A DNA stretch of 64,000 bases from a bacterium (GCA_963629085.1 CAVGHS010000001.1:12222-76221); one strand, 5' to 3'; numbered from the stretch's first letter, positions 19,656 through 28,696 are shown. Notes: generated by a model from the sequence alone, not told the origin. Translations and numbers: made by a program.

Positions 19656-19683
19656 ATTATATGTATTGATATTAAAATGTCTA
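19656..19683 (-). promoter_or_regulatory. Sigma-A promoter for the leader RNA and PemK-like gene
   Basis: TAGACA-16 bp-TATAAT on the minus strand. Confidence 0.6.
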
Positions 19684-19782
19684 TAGGAAAATTATACAAA
19701 TTTGATACAGAATTTTCTATAAATGCGTTATACTAAGGGAAAGTAAAGAATAGGATCTACTACAGATAAAGAGGGTGTGCGT

Positions 19783-21756
19783 ATGAAGCAGTTATATACC
19801 AAATGGGGCGAGGCATTACAGGCACGGGTGCAGGAAAATTCCGAGGGCAGTGTCTTGGAGCAATACCCAAGACCGACCATGATCCGTGAATCCTATTACA
19901 ATCTCAACGGTTGGTGGGACTATGCGATCACAGACCAGGAAGAAGGAGAAAAGCCACCGCTTGCCTATGACGGAAAGATCCTGGTGCCCTTTTCCCCGGA
20001 GGCAGCCTTGTCCGGGGTGAGCAGACAGTTACAGCCGGATCAATATCTCTGGTATCATAAGACCATTTGTTTTAAAAGTGAAAAGATTAAAGAGGATATG
20101 CGGCTTCTCTTACATTTTGGTGCCGTAGATCAGACGGCAAGGTTGTATGTGGATGGAAAAGAAGCCTTGAACCACCTTGGTGGATATCTGCCTTTTACCC
20201 TTGATCTGACGCCATATGCAAAGGAGAGCCAGAAAGATACGCTGGATCTGGTCGTACGCGTGACTGATGTCAGTGATACTTCCTACCATGCCAGAGGCAA
20301 GCAGAAACTGCAGCGGGGCGGCATGTACTATACTGCGCAGAGCGGTATCTGGCAGACCGTCTGGATGGAATATGTGCCGGCGCTGTCACTTGCAGATGTG
20401 GAGATTCAAACCGACATAGATACCGGACAGGTGCGATTTGACATAGGCGTGGAGTATAGGGCGGAGGATAGATCTAGTCTCTCAAAAACAGAATTGCATG
20501 AAAAATCTGATTTTAAAGAAAATAATTTGATAAATGCATATATTCCTGTAGAGATAAAAATTTTTGCATCAGATCATGCGCAACTGAATGTCAATACGCC
20601 ACACGCGAAAATACAGGAAATCAGCGGAAGAACAGTGGTGGCATCTTTTGGGGGACAGGCAAAGATTGCGAAAAAGACGTCAAAATCTGACAAAACAGAC
20701 ATCTGGCAGATGACCTTGGAGCCAATCTATGTGGAGATCCCGGAGGATTGCCTGCATCTATGGGATATAGAGACACCTTACCTATATGATTACGAACTCA
20801 CGGTCAGGGAGTCGGAAAAAGAAAATGTAAAAGAAGATCGTATCTATGGTTATTTTGCCCTGCGCACCTTTACAAAGGAAACAGATGGCGATGGCATCCT
20901 TCGTATTTGTCTGAACCACAAACCGATCTTTATGGAGGGGGTATTGGATCAGGGATATTGGCCGGACGGACTTTTGACAGCACCGGATGATGAGGCCTTT
21001 ATCTTTGATATTACGGGCATGAAAGAAAGCGGATTTCACATGATCCGTAAACACATCAAGATCGAACCGGAACGTTTTTATTTTCATTGCGACCGTCTGG
21101 GTATGATCGTATGGCAGGATATGGTCAATGGCGGCAGCCCATACAAGGATTGGTATGTGACTTATCTTGCCACCGCGCTGTCTTTCCTACAAATCAGGAG
21201 CAAAGATACACACAGAAAATTATTATCGCGCGATGAGGAAGCCGGGCGTATGGAATGGAAGCAGGAAATGCTTGCAACTATAGGACTTTTGAAGAAGCAT
21301 CCCTGTATCAGTACATGGGTCATTTTCAACGAGGGCTGGGGGCAGTTTTCGACCAATGAAATGGTGGCACTGGCAAGGCAGGCGGATCCGACCCGTCTGA
21401 TCGATGCGGCAAGCGGCTGGTACGATCAGGGAAGCGGCGATATGAATTCCTTCCATAATTATTTCTTTCCGCTGGTCATCCCGCGAGATAAGAAAAAGGC
21501 GGGGCGTGTTGCAGTATTGTCCGAGTATGGTGGCTATTCCTATGGTATCCCGGAACACTCGACGACAGAAGATATCTATGGCTATGGGACATATAAGGAT
21601 ACAGAGAGTCTGCGCCAGGCTTATCAGAAACGTCGGCATGAGGCGATGGCGCTGATTCCGGACGGCCTATGTGCCAGTGTATATACGCAGGTGTCCGATA
21701 TTGAGGACGAGGTCAACGGTATCTATACCTATGACCGCAAGATCAAGAAAATCTAA
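19783..21756 (+). CDS. Glycoside hydrolase family 2
   Basis: LLHFGAVD, SGIWQTVW, LDQGYWPDG, RKHIK, FNEGWGQF (acid/base), LSEYGG (nucleophile); start ATG 19783 or GTG 19777. Confidence 0.9.
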   Translation: MKQLYTKWGEALQARVQENSEGSVLEQYPRPTMIRESYYNLNGWWDYAITDQEEGEKPPLAYDGKILVPFSPEAALSGVSRQLQPDQYLWYHKTICFKSEKIKEDMRLLLHFGAVDQTARLYVDGKEALNHLGGYLPFTLDLTPYAKESQKDTLDLVVRVTDVSDTSYHARGKQKLQRGGMYYTAQSGIWQTVWMEYVPALSLADVEIQTDIDTGQVRFDIGVEYRAEDRSSLSKTELHEKSDFKENNLINAYIPVEIKIFASDHAQLNVNTPHAKIQEISGRTVVASFGGQAKIAKKTSKSDKTDIWQMTLEPIYVEIPEDCLHLWDIETPYLYDYELTVRESEKENVKEDRIYGYFALRTFTKETDGDGILRICLNHKPIFMEGVLDQGYWPDGLLTAPDDEAFIFDITGMKESGFHMIRKHIKIEPERFYFHCDRLGMIVWQDMVNGGSPYKDWYVTYLATALSFLQIRSKDTHRKLLSRDEEAGRMEWKQEMLATIGLLKKHPCISTWVIFNEGWGQFSTNEMVALARQADPTRLIDAASGWYDQGSGDMNSFHNYFFPLVIPRDKKKAGRVAVLSEYGGYSYGIPEHSTTEDIYGYGTYKDTESLRQAYQKRRHEAMALIPDGLCASVYTQVSDIEDEVNGIYTYDRKIKKI

Positions 21757-21776
21757 TATAGAAATCATGTCATTGC

Positions 21777-21807
21777 AAAAGCGCCACGATCACTCGTGGC
21801 GCTTTTT
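21777..21807. terminator. Bidirectional intrinsic terminator (GH2 gene on +, ncRNA on -)
   Basis: AAAA-GCGCCACGA-tcac-TCGTGGCGC-TTTTT. Confidence 0.85.
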
Positions 21808-21813
21808 ACGAAC

Positions 21814-21906
21814 ATAGAATATCTGGCTACCGTCGCCTCTGTAGCATCTCTTTTGACCTCGAAAGGTGTGTGGTTGCAACGTATTTTACCACCTCAGATA
21901 TCCTAT
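21814..21906 (-). ncRNA. Putative four-way-junction small RNA with kissing-loop pseudoknot (possibly skipping-rope-like)
   Basis: P1 AUAGGAUAUCUG/CAGAUAUUCUAU; P2 GUGGU/ACCAC; P3 ACCU-UUCG-AGGU; linker CAAAAGAGAU; P4 GCUAC/GUAGC; loops CGUUGC and GCGACG are complementary; own promoter and terminator. Confidence 0.75.
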
Positions 21907-21919
21907 TTATTCTATAATT

Positions 21920-21948
21920 ATAGTATCAAAATTATTTTTTCCTGTAAA
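21920..21948 (-). promoter_or_regulatory. Sigma-A promoter of the ncRNA, overlapping the 3' end of the nuclease gene
   Basis: TTTACA-17 bp-TACTAT with extended -10 TGn. Confidence 0.65.
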
Positions 21949-22331
21949 GTATCGTTTTATTTCTTAAATATCCCTGTAAACGTTTATCACTGATCTTCCA
22001 GCCGGATATAACAGAATTTCCGAATCCTGCTTTGGGAATGCCGGTATAGAGACGGAGAACAATAAAAGTATGTTCTACCATACTGGAGGAAGAAGCAATT
22101 TGTTTTACAACAAGCACGGTTTGTGCATGTTTTTCATCTTTAATAATATAGTCTGGATCTGTAATTGTATTCTGGATTTGAGATAGGATTTCTTGAAAAA
22201 ACTTCTGCGTGTTTATCTGCCATGTGTAGCATTTGTTTATTGGTCAGAAAGACCTTGTCAGTTGAAATTTCTGAAGATATACATTGATATAAATGCTTGT
22301 CTAAAACACAAAATTCTTTTCGTTGTTGCAT
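21932..22331 (-). pseudogene. PBECR2-like (barnase/EndoU/colicin E5/RelE-fold) nuclease, frameshifted by one base in a T6 run
   Basis: Removing one A from 22196-22201 joins two ORF-track fragments into a 132-aa ORF (MQQRKEF..HMADKHAEVFQEILSQIQNTITDPDYIIKD..NSVISGWKISDKRLQGYLRNKTILYRKK); RBS AAGGA. Confidence 0.7.
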
Positions 22332-22418
22332 GTTTTTATCCTTGGTTTCAATGGAAAATGCATAGAGAAGACTATGCTTTTCTGTGGAATATAATTCTTT
22401 GATATAGAAGTGAGGATA

Positions 22419-22447
22419 ATCATAGCATGCAAAGAAGATTATTGCAA
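22419..22447 (-). promoter_or_regulatory. Sigma-A promoter for the PBECR2-like gene
   Basis: TTGCAA-17 bp-TATGAT with TGn extension. Confidence 0.55.
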
Positions 22448-22611
22448 GTAATAAATCTATTTTACCATGTCCACCCAATTTTTCCCTTAAAAAAACATAA
22501 GACATCTGCCTAAAAGTGTGCTAGAATGTGGTAAGTCTAAACAAACAATGGTTGCAAAAGAACAACGCAAGTAAAGATACACTAATAAAAATGAGAAAGG
22601 AAAAACTCGTT

Positions 22612-23502
22612 ATGGCAAAAGAAGAAAATAAAAGTTATCGCATGGAAAAAGATGGTTTTTATGGCGAATTATTTACACCGGCAGAGGACAAATATCCGAA
22701 AAAAGCCCTGATCTGTTTCAGTGGCAGTGATGGTGGCATCGAACTGGCAAAGACGCTGGCAGACACCTTTGCTTCCCGTGGACTGACAACGCTTGCACTT
22801 GCCTACGTTTTGGAGGAGGGACTGCCGGATCAGTTCCTGCGCGTTCCCATTGATCCGATCGAGGCGGCGGCAAAGCATCTGCACGCCATGGGCTATGAAA
22901 AGGTCGGTCTGTGGGGCATCTCCAAAGGAGCAGAATTAGTACTTGTGGCAGGAAGTCTCCTGCCGGATACGATCCATGCCGTCGTTGCGGTAGCACCTAT
23001 GAACACGGTATGTCAGGGATTTGTCAAGGACAAGGGCATTTCCTTTTTACCGGGCAGCAGTTGGAGTCTGCATGGGCAGGAGATCCCCTATAGCGCTTAT
23101 AAAGTGCAGAAGTTCCCAATGGGACAGATTCTCTTAAAGAGCATCCAAAGAAGAGACATCAGCATGTACGAACTCTATCAGCCTTTGGTGGAAGATCCAA
23201 ACCCGGAGGCTGTCATCCGGGTGGAAAAGATCACCGGACCGATCCTTCTGATCTCATCTAAAATGGATGTCATGTGGCCGTCAGAACTTGCGGCAAAGCA
23301 GATACTAAAGCGTTTAAAAGACTATGATTTCCCATACGAATATCAGCATTTGTCTTATGAATATGGCAGCCATATGTTTGTGCCGTTTGACACGCCGAGT
23401 ACAAAGTTCTTCCGGGGAGACCGGGGCAAATACAAAGAATTGGGTCACAGGGACCGTATGGATTCTTTGGAAAAAACTTTGGATTTTGTGTCCAGATGGT
23501 AA
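22612..23502 (+). CDS. Acyl-CoA thioesterase / BAAT-like alpha/beta hydrolase
   Basis: FSGSDGG, GLWGISKGAE, D.MWPS, GSH; ATG 22612 follows AAGGA. Confidence 0.8.
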   Translation: MAKEENKSYRMEKDGFYGELFTPAEDKYPKKALICFSGSDGGIELAKTLADTFASRGLTTLALAYVLEEGLPDQFLRVPIDPIEAAAKHLHAMGYEKVGLWGISKGAELVLVAGSLLPDTIHAVVAVAPMNTVCQGFVKDKGISFLPGSSWSLHGQEIPYSAYKVQKFPMGQILLKSIQRRDISMYELYQPLVEDPNPEAVIRVEKITGPILLISSKMDVMWPSELAAKQILKRLKDYDFPYEYQHLSYEYGSHMFVPFDTPSTKFFRGDRGKYKELGHRDRMDSLEKTLDFVSRW

Positions 23503-23530
23503 AAAGTAAGAAAGAGGAGAGTATCAACCG

Positions 23531-25297
23531 ATGATGATGAATAAACGCCTCATCGCCATGGTAGGCGAGAGCAAAAAATACATAGCGGGCAATGTCATCT
23601 TTCAGTGGCTTGGCATGCTTGCCAACATTCTGATGATGTATAACATTACCGGATTTTTAGGGACACTGCTGCCGGATAGCGGCAGGGGAGGGGACTTCTA
23701 CGCAAATGTCAAGAGACTGAGTTTTGTGGTCGTTTTTTGTATCCTGGCGCGTTTTCTTTGCACCGTCCTTTCCAACCGCATGAGTTTTCTTTCGGCAAAG
23801 ACCGTAAAAAAGACCCTGCGTCAAAAGATCTATGAGAAACTTCTGGCACTGGGATCTTCCTATCAAAAATACGTTGCCAGTTCCGAGGTCGTACAGATCG
23901 CCGTGGAGGGCGTAGACCAGTTGGAGACCTATTTTGGGGCTTACCTGCCACAATTCTTTTATGCCATGTTAGCACCTTTGACCTTATTTATCGTCCTTTG
24001 CTTTGTCAACGTTCCGGCAGCAATTGTGCTGTTGGTCTGTGTGCCAATGATTCCGATGGCGATCGTCTTTGTCCAGAAGTGGGCAAAGAAACTTTTGTCT
24101 AAATACTGGGGACAATATACGGCATTGGGCGACACTTTTCTGGAAGATCTGCAAGGACTTACGACTTTAAAGATCTATCAGGCAGACGGCTATAAGAGTC
24201 AAAAGATGGACGAAGAAGCCGAAAAGTTCCGAAAGATCACTATGAAAGTCCTGACCATGCAGTTAAATTCCATTACCATTATGGATATCGTGGCTTATGG
24301 CGGTGCAGCGCTTGGCATGATCGTTGCCATACTCCAGTACCGCGCCGGTCATATTGATCTGACAGGCACCCTTTTTATCATCCTGCTTTCGGCAGACTTC
24401 TTTATCCCGATGCGACAACTGGGAAGTTTCTTCCATGTTGCCATGAATGGTATGGCGGCCAGCGACAAGATCTTTGCTCTTTTGGATGTCAAAAAGGAAG
24501 AGACAGAGTCTTTGACAGAAGATCTGCCGGAAGCAAACGATCTTTGCATGAAAGATCTGTCTTTTGCTTATGATGAGAGCCGTCAGATCTTAGACCATAT
24601 CAACCTGTCCGTGGGATCCGGGCAGTTCGTTGCCCTTGTCGGAGCCAGCGGCTGCGGCAAATCAACGATCGCTTCTTTATTTATGGGAAGAAATACTGCT
24701 TCTCAGGGGCAGATTACCCTAGGTGGACTTCCACTGGCAGCCATTCCGGAGGATGTGCGGATGCAAGAGATCACCTATGTCAGCCACGATGCCTACCTCT
24801 TTAAGGGAAGCGTGCGCGACAATCTTTTGATGGCAAAGGAAAATGCTACAGACGCGGAGATGTGGCAGGTCTTAGAGCAGACAAAACTGGCGGATTTTCT
24901 GCGGCAGGAGGATGGGCTGGATACCAGGTTATTGGAAAAAGCATCCAATTTGTCCGGCGGACAGCGGCAGCGTCTGGCATTGGCGCGTGCTCTCTTGCAT
25001 GACAGCCCGATCTATATTTTTGACGAGGCAACTTCCAATATTGATGTCGAGAGCGAAAATGACATCATGGAACAGATCCTTGCGCTGGCAAAGAGCAGGA
25101 CAGTCCTTCTGATCTCCCATCGCCTGGCAAATGTCACCGGGGCAGATCAGATCTATGTGCTGGAAAAGGGACGGATCGTAGAAGTCGGAAAGCATGAAAT
25201 GTTGTTAAAAGATCAAAAGACTTATGCAGAACTCTGGCAGGCACAGCAGGCGCTGGAAAATTACGGAAAGAGTGAGAAAGGAGGAGCACGGGCATGA
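23531..25297 (+). CDS. ABC transporter permease/ATPase, CydD-like
   Basis: TM domain, GASGCGKS, LSGGQRQR, FDEATS. Confidence 0.88.
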   Translation: MMMNKRLIAMVGESKKYIAGNVIFQWLGMLANILMMYNITGFLGTLLPDSGRGGDFYANVKRLSFVVVFCILARFLCTVLSNRMSFLSAKTVKKTLRQKIYEKLLALGSSYQKYVASSEVVQIAVEGVDQLETYFGAYLPQFFYAMLAPLTLFIVLCFVNVPAAIVLLVCVPMIPMAIVFVQKWAKKLLSKYWGQYTALGDTFLEDLQGLTTLKIYQADGYKSQKMDEEAEKFRKITMKVLTMQLNSITIMDIVAYGGAALGMIVAILQYRAGHIDLTGTLFIILLSADFFIPMRQLGSFFHVAMNGMAASDKIFALLDVKKEETESLTEDLPEANDLCMKDLSFAYDESRQILDHINLSVGSGQFVALVGASGCGKSTIASLFMGRNTASQGQITLGGLPLAAIPEDVRMQEITYVSHDAYLFKGSVRDNLLMAKENATDAEMWQVLEQTKLADFLRQEDGLDTRLLEKASNLSGGQRQRLALARALLHDSPIYIFDEATSNIDVESENDIMEQILALAKSRTVLLISHRLANVTGADQIYVLEKGRIVEVGKHEMLLKDQKTYAELWQAQQALENYGKSEKGGARA

Positions 25298-26952
25298 AAA
25301 AGAGATCGAATTTAGAAATCATGGCAAAACTGATCGGCATGGTTCGCCCGCTGTTGAGCTATATGATCCTTGCGATTTGCTTGGGACTGATCGGACATTT
25401 ATTGGCATCCTTTATCACCATTTTTGCCGGTTATGCGGCTTTGAAGGTCTGGGGATTTCCGGTGTCACATTCCTTTGCTTTTTTCTTTGTCTGTATGGTG
25501 GTATTTGCCGTTGCCAGAGGCTTTGCCCGCTACACGGAGCAGTCTTGCAATCATTACATCGCATTCAAACTCTTAGCCCTGATCCGTGCCAAGGTCTTTG
25601 CGGCATTGCGCAAGCTTTGTCCGGCGAAACTCGAGGGCAGGGACAAGGGAGATCTGATCTCCGTCATTACCTCGGATATTGAACTTTTAGAAGTCTTTTA
25701 TGCCCACACGATCTCGCCGATCGCGATCGCAGGCATTTACTCTATGATCATGAGCCTCTTTATCGGTCATATCCATTGGGGCTTGGGACTTCTAGCATTG
25801 GCGGCATATGTGACGGTCGGTATCATCGTACCTGTCGTTGCCTCCAAAACGAGTGGCAATCTGGGATTGGAGTTCCGCAATCAGTCGGGTAGTCTGAGTG
25901 CCTTTGTGCTGGATTCTTTGCGCGGGCTGCCGGAGATCATGCAGTACGGCACTGGCAAAAAGCGTATGCAGCAGATGAACGAGCGCACTGACCGGATGAA
26001 CGTCTGTCAGGAAAAAATGAAGCGTGTGACCGGGATCAATATGGCAGTGACCAATACGGCTATCCTGATCTTTGACTTCCTCATGCTTCTGGGCGCATCC
26101 TATTTATATAAAGATCAGACCATTGCCTTTGATGGGATCGTGATCGCAACACTGGCACTCATGTCCTCCTTTGGACCGGTGGTGGCACTTGCAAATCTGG
26201 GAACGACTTTGCAGAATACGTTCGCATCCGGCAACCGCGTCTTAGACATTTTAGAGGAAGAACCACAGGTTGTCGAGATTTCAGGAGAGGCGCAGACGAC
26301 CTACGGTCAGGTGGAGATCGCAGATGTGACCTTTGCCTATGAAAAGGAGACGATCTTAGATCAGGTGTCTTTGGATGTGCCAAAGCAGGGCATTCTTGGT
26401 ATTGTCGGAAAGAGCGGTAGTGGAAAGTCAACCCTCTTAAAACTTTTGATGCGCTTCTGGGATATTGATGCAGGAAAACTTGCAATCGCGAGCCGCGAGA
26501 TTGCGAAGATCAATACGGATGACCTGCGCCGGATGCAGGGCTACATGACCCAGGAGACCCATCTGTTCTGCGACTCTATCGCAGAGAATATCCGCATCGC
26601 AAAATTAGATGCGACCAGAGAAGAGATCGAAGAAGCCTGCAAAAAAGCCTCCATTCATGATTTTATCCTGTCCTTACCGCAGGGCTATGATACGCCGGTG
26701 GGCGAGTTGGGCGATACCTTATCCGGCGGGGAACGGCAGCGTATCGGACTGGCGCGTGCCTTTTTACACGATGCACCGATGATGCTTCTGGATGAGCCGA
26801 CCAGCAATCTGGATTCCTTGAATGAGAGCGTGATCTTAAAGTCTTTGCGTGAGGAAGGCGGAGATAAACTGATCCTTTTGGTCTCACACCGGGAATCTAC
26901 CATGCGTATCGCAGATCAGGTCTATCAGATGAAAGAGGGACGTGTCAGTTAG
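25294..26952 (+). CDS. ABC transporter permease/ATPase, CydC-like
   Basis: RGFARYTEQ..NH, GKSGSGKS, LSGGERQR, LDEPTS; ATGA overlap with partner. Confidence 0.88.
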   Translation: MKKRSNLEIMAKLIGMVRPLLSYMILAICLGLIGHLLASFITIFAGYAALKVWGFPVSHSFAFFFVCMVVFAVARGFARYTEQSCNHYIAFKLLALIRAKVFAALRKLCPAKLEGRDKGDLISVITSDIELLEVFYAHTISPIAIAGIYSMIMSLFIGHIHWGLGLLALAAYVTVGIIVPVVASKTSGNLGLEFRNQSGSLSAFVLDSLRGLPEIMQYGTGKKRMQQMNERTDRMNVCQEKMKRVTGINMAVTNTAILIFDFLMLLGASYLYKDQTIAFDGIVIATLALMSSFGPVVALANLGTTLQNTFASGNRVLDILEEEPQVVEISGEAQTTYGQVEIADVTFAYEKETILDQVSLDVPKQGILGIVGKSGSGKSTLLKLLMRFWDIDAGKLAIASREIAKINTDDLRRMQGYMTQETHLFCDSIAENIRIAKLDATREEIEEACKKASIHDFILSLPQGYDTPVGELGDTLSGGERQRIGLARAFLHDAPMMLLDEPTSNLDSLNESVILKSLREEGGDKLILLVSHRESTMRIADQVYQMKEGRVS

Positions 26953-26961
26953 GAGAATGGG

Positions 26962-27330
26962 ATGAAAGAAAATTTGACAAAGGATCAACTTGTAGAAAAA
27001 AGAGAGCGGGAAAAAGCCATGGTTTCGGATATGATCCGTGTCTACTGTAAAGGAAACCATGTGGATTATGATAAGAAACATAAAAGACTTTGCAAAGAGT
27101 GTCAGGCATTGGATGATTATGCGAGAATGCGCAGTGAAAAATGCCCTTTTATGGAGACAAAGACCTTTTGTTCCAACTGCAAGGTGCATTGCTACAAGCC
27201 CGAGATGCGCCAGCGCATCAAGAAAGTGATGCGCTATAGCGGTCCACGGATGCTCTTTGTGCATCCTATCGCCTGCATCCGCCACCTCGTAGAGACAAGG
27301 CGGGAAAAGAAGCGACTGGAAACTACATAG
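26962..27330 (+). CDS. Nitrous oxide-stimulated promoter (YgbA-like) Cys-rich protein
   Basis: MIRVYC..H, CKEC, CPF..KTFCSNC..HCY, VMRYSGPRML..HP. Confidence 0.85.
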   Translation: MKENLTKDQLVEKREREKAMVSDMIRVYCKGNHVDYDKKHKRLCKECQALDDYARMRSEKCPFMETKTFCSNCKVHCYKPEMRQRIKKVMRYSGPRMLFVHPIACIRHLVETRREKKRLETT

Positions 27331-28696
27331 AGATCCAGCCAAAAGCATTGGCAATGGATGAAATGAAGATGATGATGGCAAAGATCGGACAGAGATACTT
27401 GATCATAAACTGGAAGATCTTTTTGCGGCGGAAAGGTTTTCCACCGTCTGTCACTTCATCCTCTATTTTTTGTGTCCCGATCACCCGGGTGACGAGCAGA
27501 CAGGTCGCAAGGGCAGCCAGTGGCATCATGACAGAGTTGGTAAGGAAGTCGAAGAAATCCAGAAACTGCATGCCGATAATCGTAACATTTGCCAGTGGAC
27601 CATAGCCCAGAGAGGACAAGGTGCCAAGTGCGACCATGATGATACCGACGATGATAGTCGCCTTTTTCCTTCCCCAGCCCAGTTCGTCCTCAAAGGTAGA
27701 AACCGCACTCTCCGTCAGCGCGATGGAACTCGTCATAGCAGCAAAAAGTACCAGGACAAAGAAAAGGATACCAACGCCTGTGCCCAGCCCCATGCTGTCA
27801 AAGACTTTCGGAATGGTAATAAACATAAGGGAAGGTCCTGCCTGTAAGGTATCCGGATCGCCGCCGGAAAAAGCAAAGACCGCCGGAATGATCATCAGAC
27901 CTGCCATAATGGCGATTGCCGTGTCAAAGATCTCTACATTTTTGGTCGAATCCTCAATGGAGACATCTTTTTTCATATAGGATCCAAAGGTCACCAGAAT
28001 GCCCATAGCGATCGATAAGGAGTAAAACATCTGTCCCATGGCAGCAACAACGGTCATCCAGGAGAAGTTTTCCGGGTTTGGCACCAGAAAATATTTGACT
28101 CCGGCAAGGGCACCGGGTCTGGTCACGGAATAGACGGTGATGATGAGGGACAATACGACTAAGATCGGCATCATGATCTTGGACACGCGCTCAATACCGT
28201 TTCTGACACCGGTAAAGATGATGCCGAGGGTCAGCAGGGCAAAGATCAAAAAGCAGATTTCTGGGGAAGCGCCGTCCGAGATAAAGGCACTGAAATAGCC
28301 GTCTTTGGCAAGTGCAGAGCCATTTCCTGACATATAGCCGACCAGATATTTGAGTACCCAGCCGCCGATCACGGAGTAGTAAGGCACGATCAGTACCGGA
28401 ATGATGGCATTGAGCCAGCCGCCGACAGATAGCCATTTGGATTTGCCAAAAGAGTGATAGGCACCGACCGGACTTTTCTTGGTCATACGACCAAGGGATG
28501 TCTCCGCCATGATCATGGTATAACCAAAGGTCAGAGCAAGGATGATATAGATCAAAAGAAAAATACCGCCGCCGTACTTGGCAGCAAGGTATGGAAAACG
28601 CCAGATATTTCCCAGACCGACAGAAGCACCGGCAGCAGATAGGACAAAGCCGATCTTACCGGAAAAGGAACTGCGCTTTTTGTTTGGATCATGCAT
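27323..28696 (-). CDS. Sodium-dependent transporter, NSS/SNF family
   Basis: AGASVGLGNIWRFPY, GQMFYSLS, many TM helices. Confidence 0.93.
   Translation of the reverse strand: MHDPNKKRSSFSGKIGFVLSAAGASVGLGNIWRFPYLAAKYGGGIFLLIYIILALTFGYTMIMAETSLGRMTKKSPVGAYHSFGKSKWLSVGGWLNAIIPVLIVPYYSVIGGWVLKYLVGYMSGNGSALAKDGYFSAFISDGASPEICFLIFALLTLGIIFTGVRNGIERVSKIMMPILVVLSLIITVYSVTRPGALAGVKYFLVPNPENFSWMTVVAAMGQMFYSLSIAMGILVTFGSYMKKDVSIEDSTKNVEIFDTAIAIMAGLMIIPAVFAFSGGDPDTLQAGPSLMFITIPKVFDSMGLGTGVGILFFVLVLFAAMTSSIALTESAVSTFEDELGWGRKKATIIVGIIMVALGTLSSLGYGPLANVTIIGMQFLDFFDFLTNSVMMPLAALATCLLVTRVIGTQKIEDEVTDGGKPFRRKKIFQFMIKYLCPIFAIIIFISSIANAFGWISM

Noticed and set aside
19584..21861. Shared 7-mer GACCTCG in both candidate RNAs
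   Set aside because: Too short to exceed chance, and in different structural contexts
21814..21906. tRNA or known self-cleaving ribozyme
   Set aside because: No TTC-containing T-loop or 7-nt anticodon arm; I could not match hammerhead, twister or pistol core nucleotides by eye
21796..22505. ORF-track calls 21796-21993(+), 22193-22402(+) and the extension of 22140-22505(-) upstream of 22331
   Set aside because: They overlap the RNA, its promoters or the antisense of the nuclease gene and lack RBS; best explained as spurious
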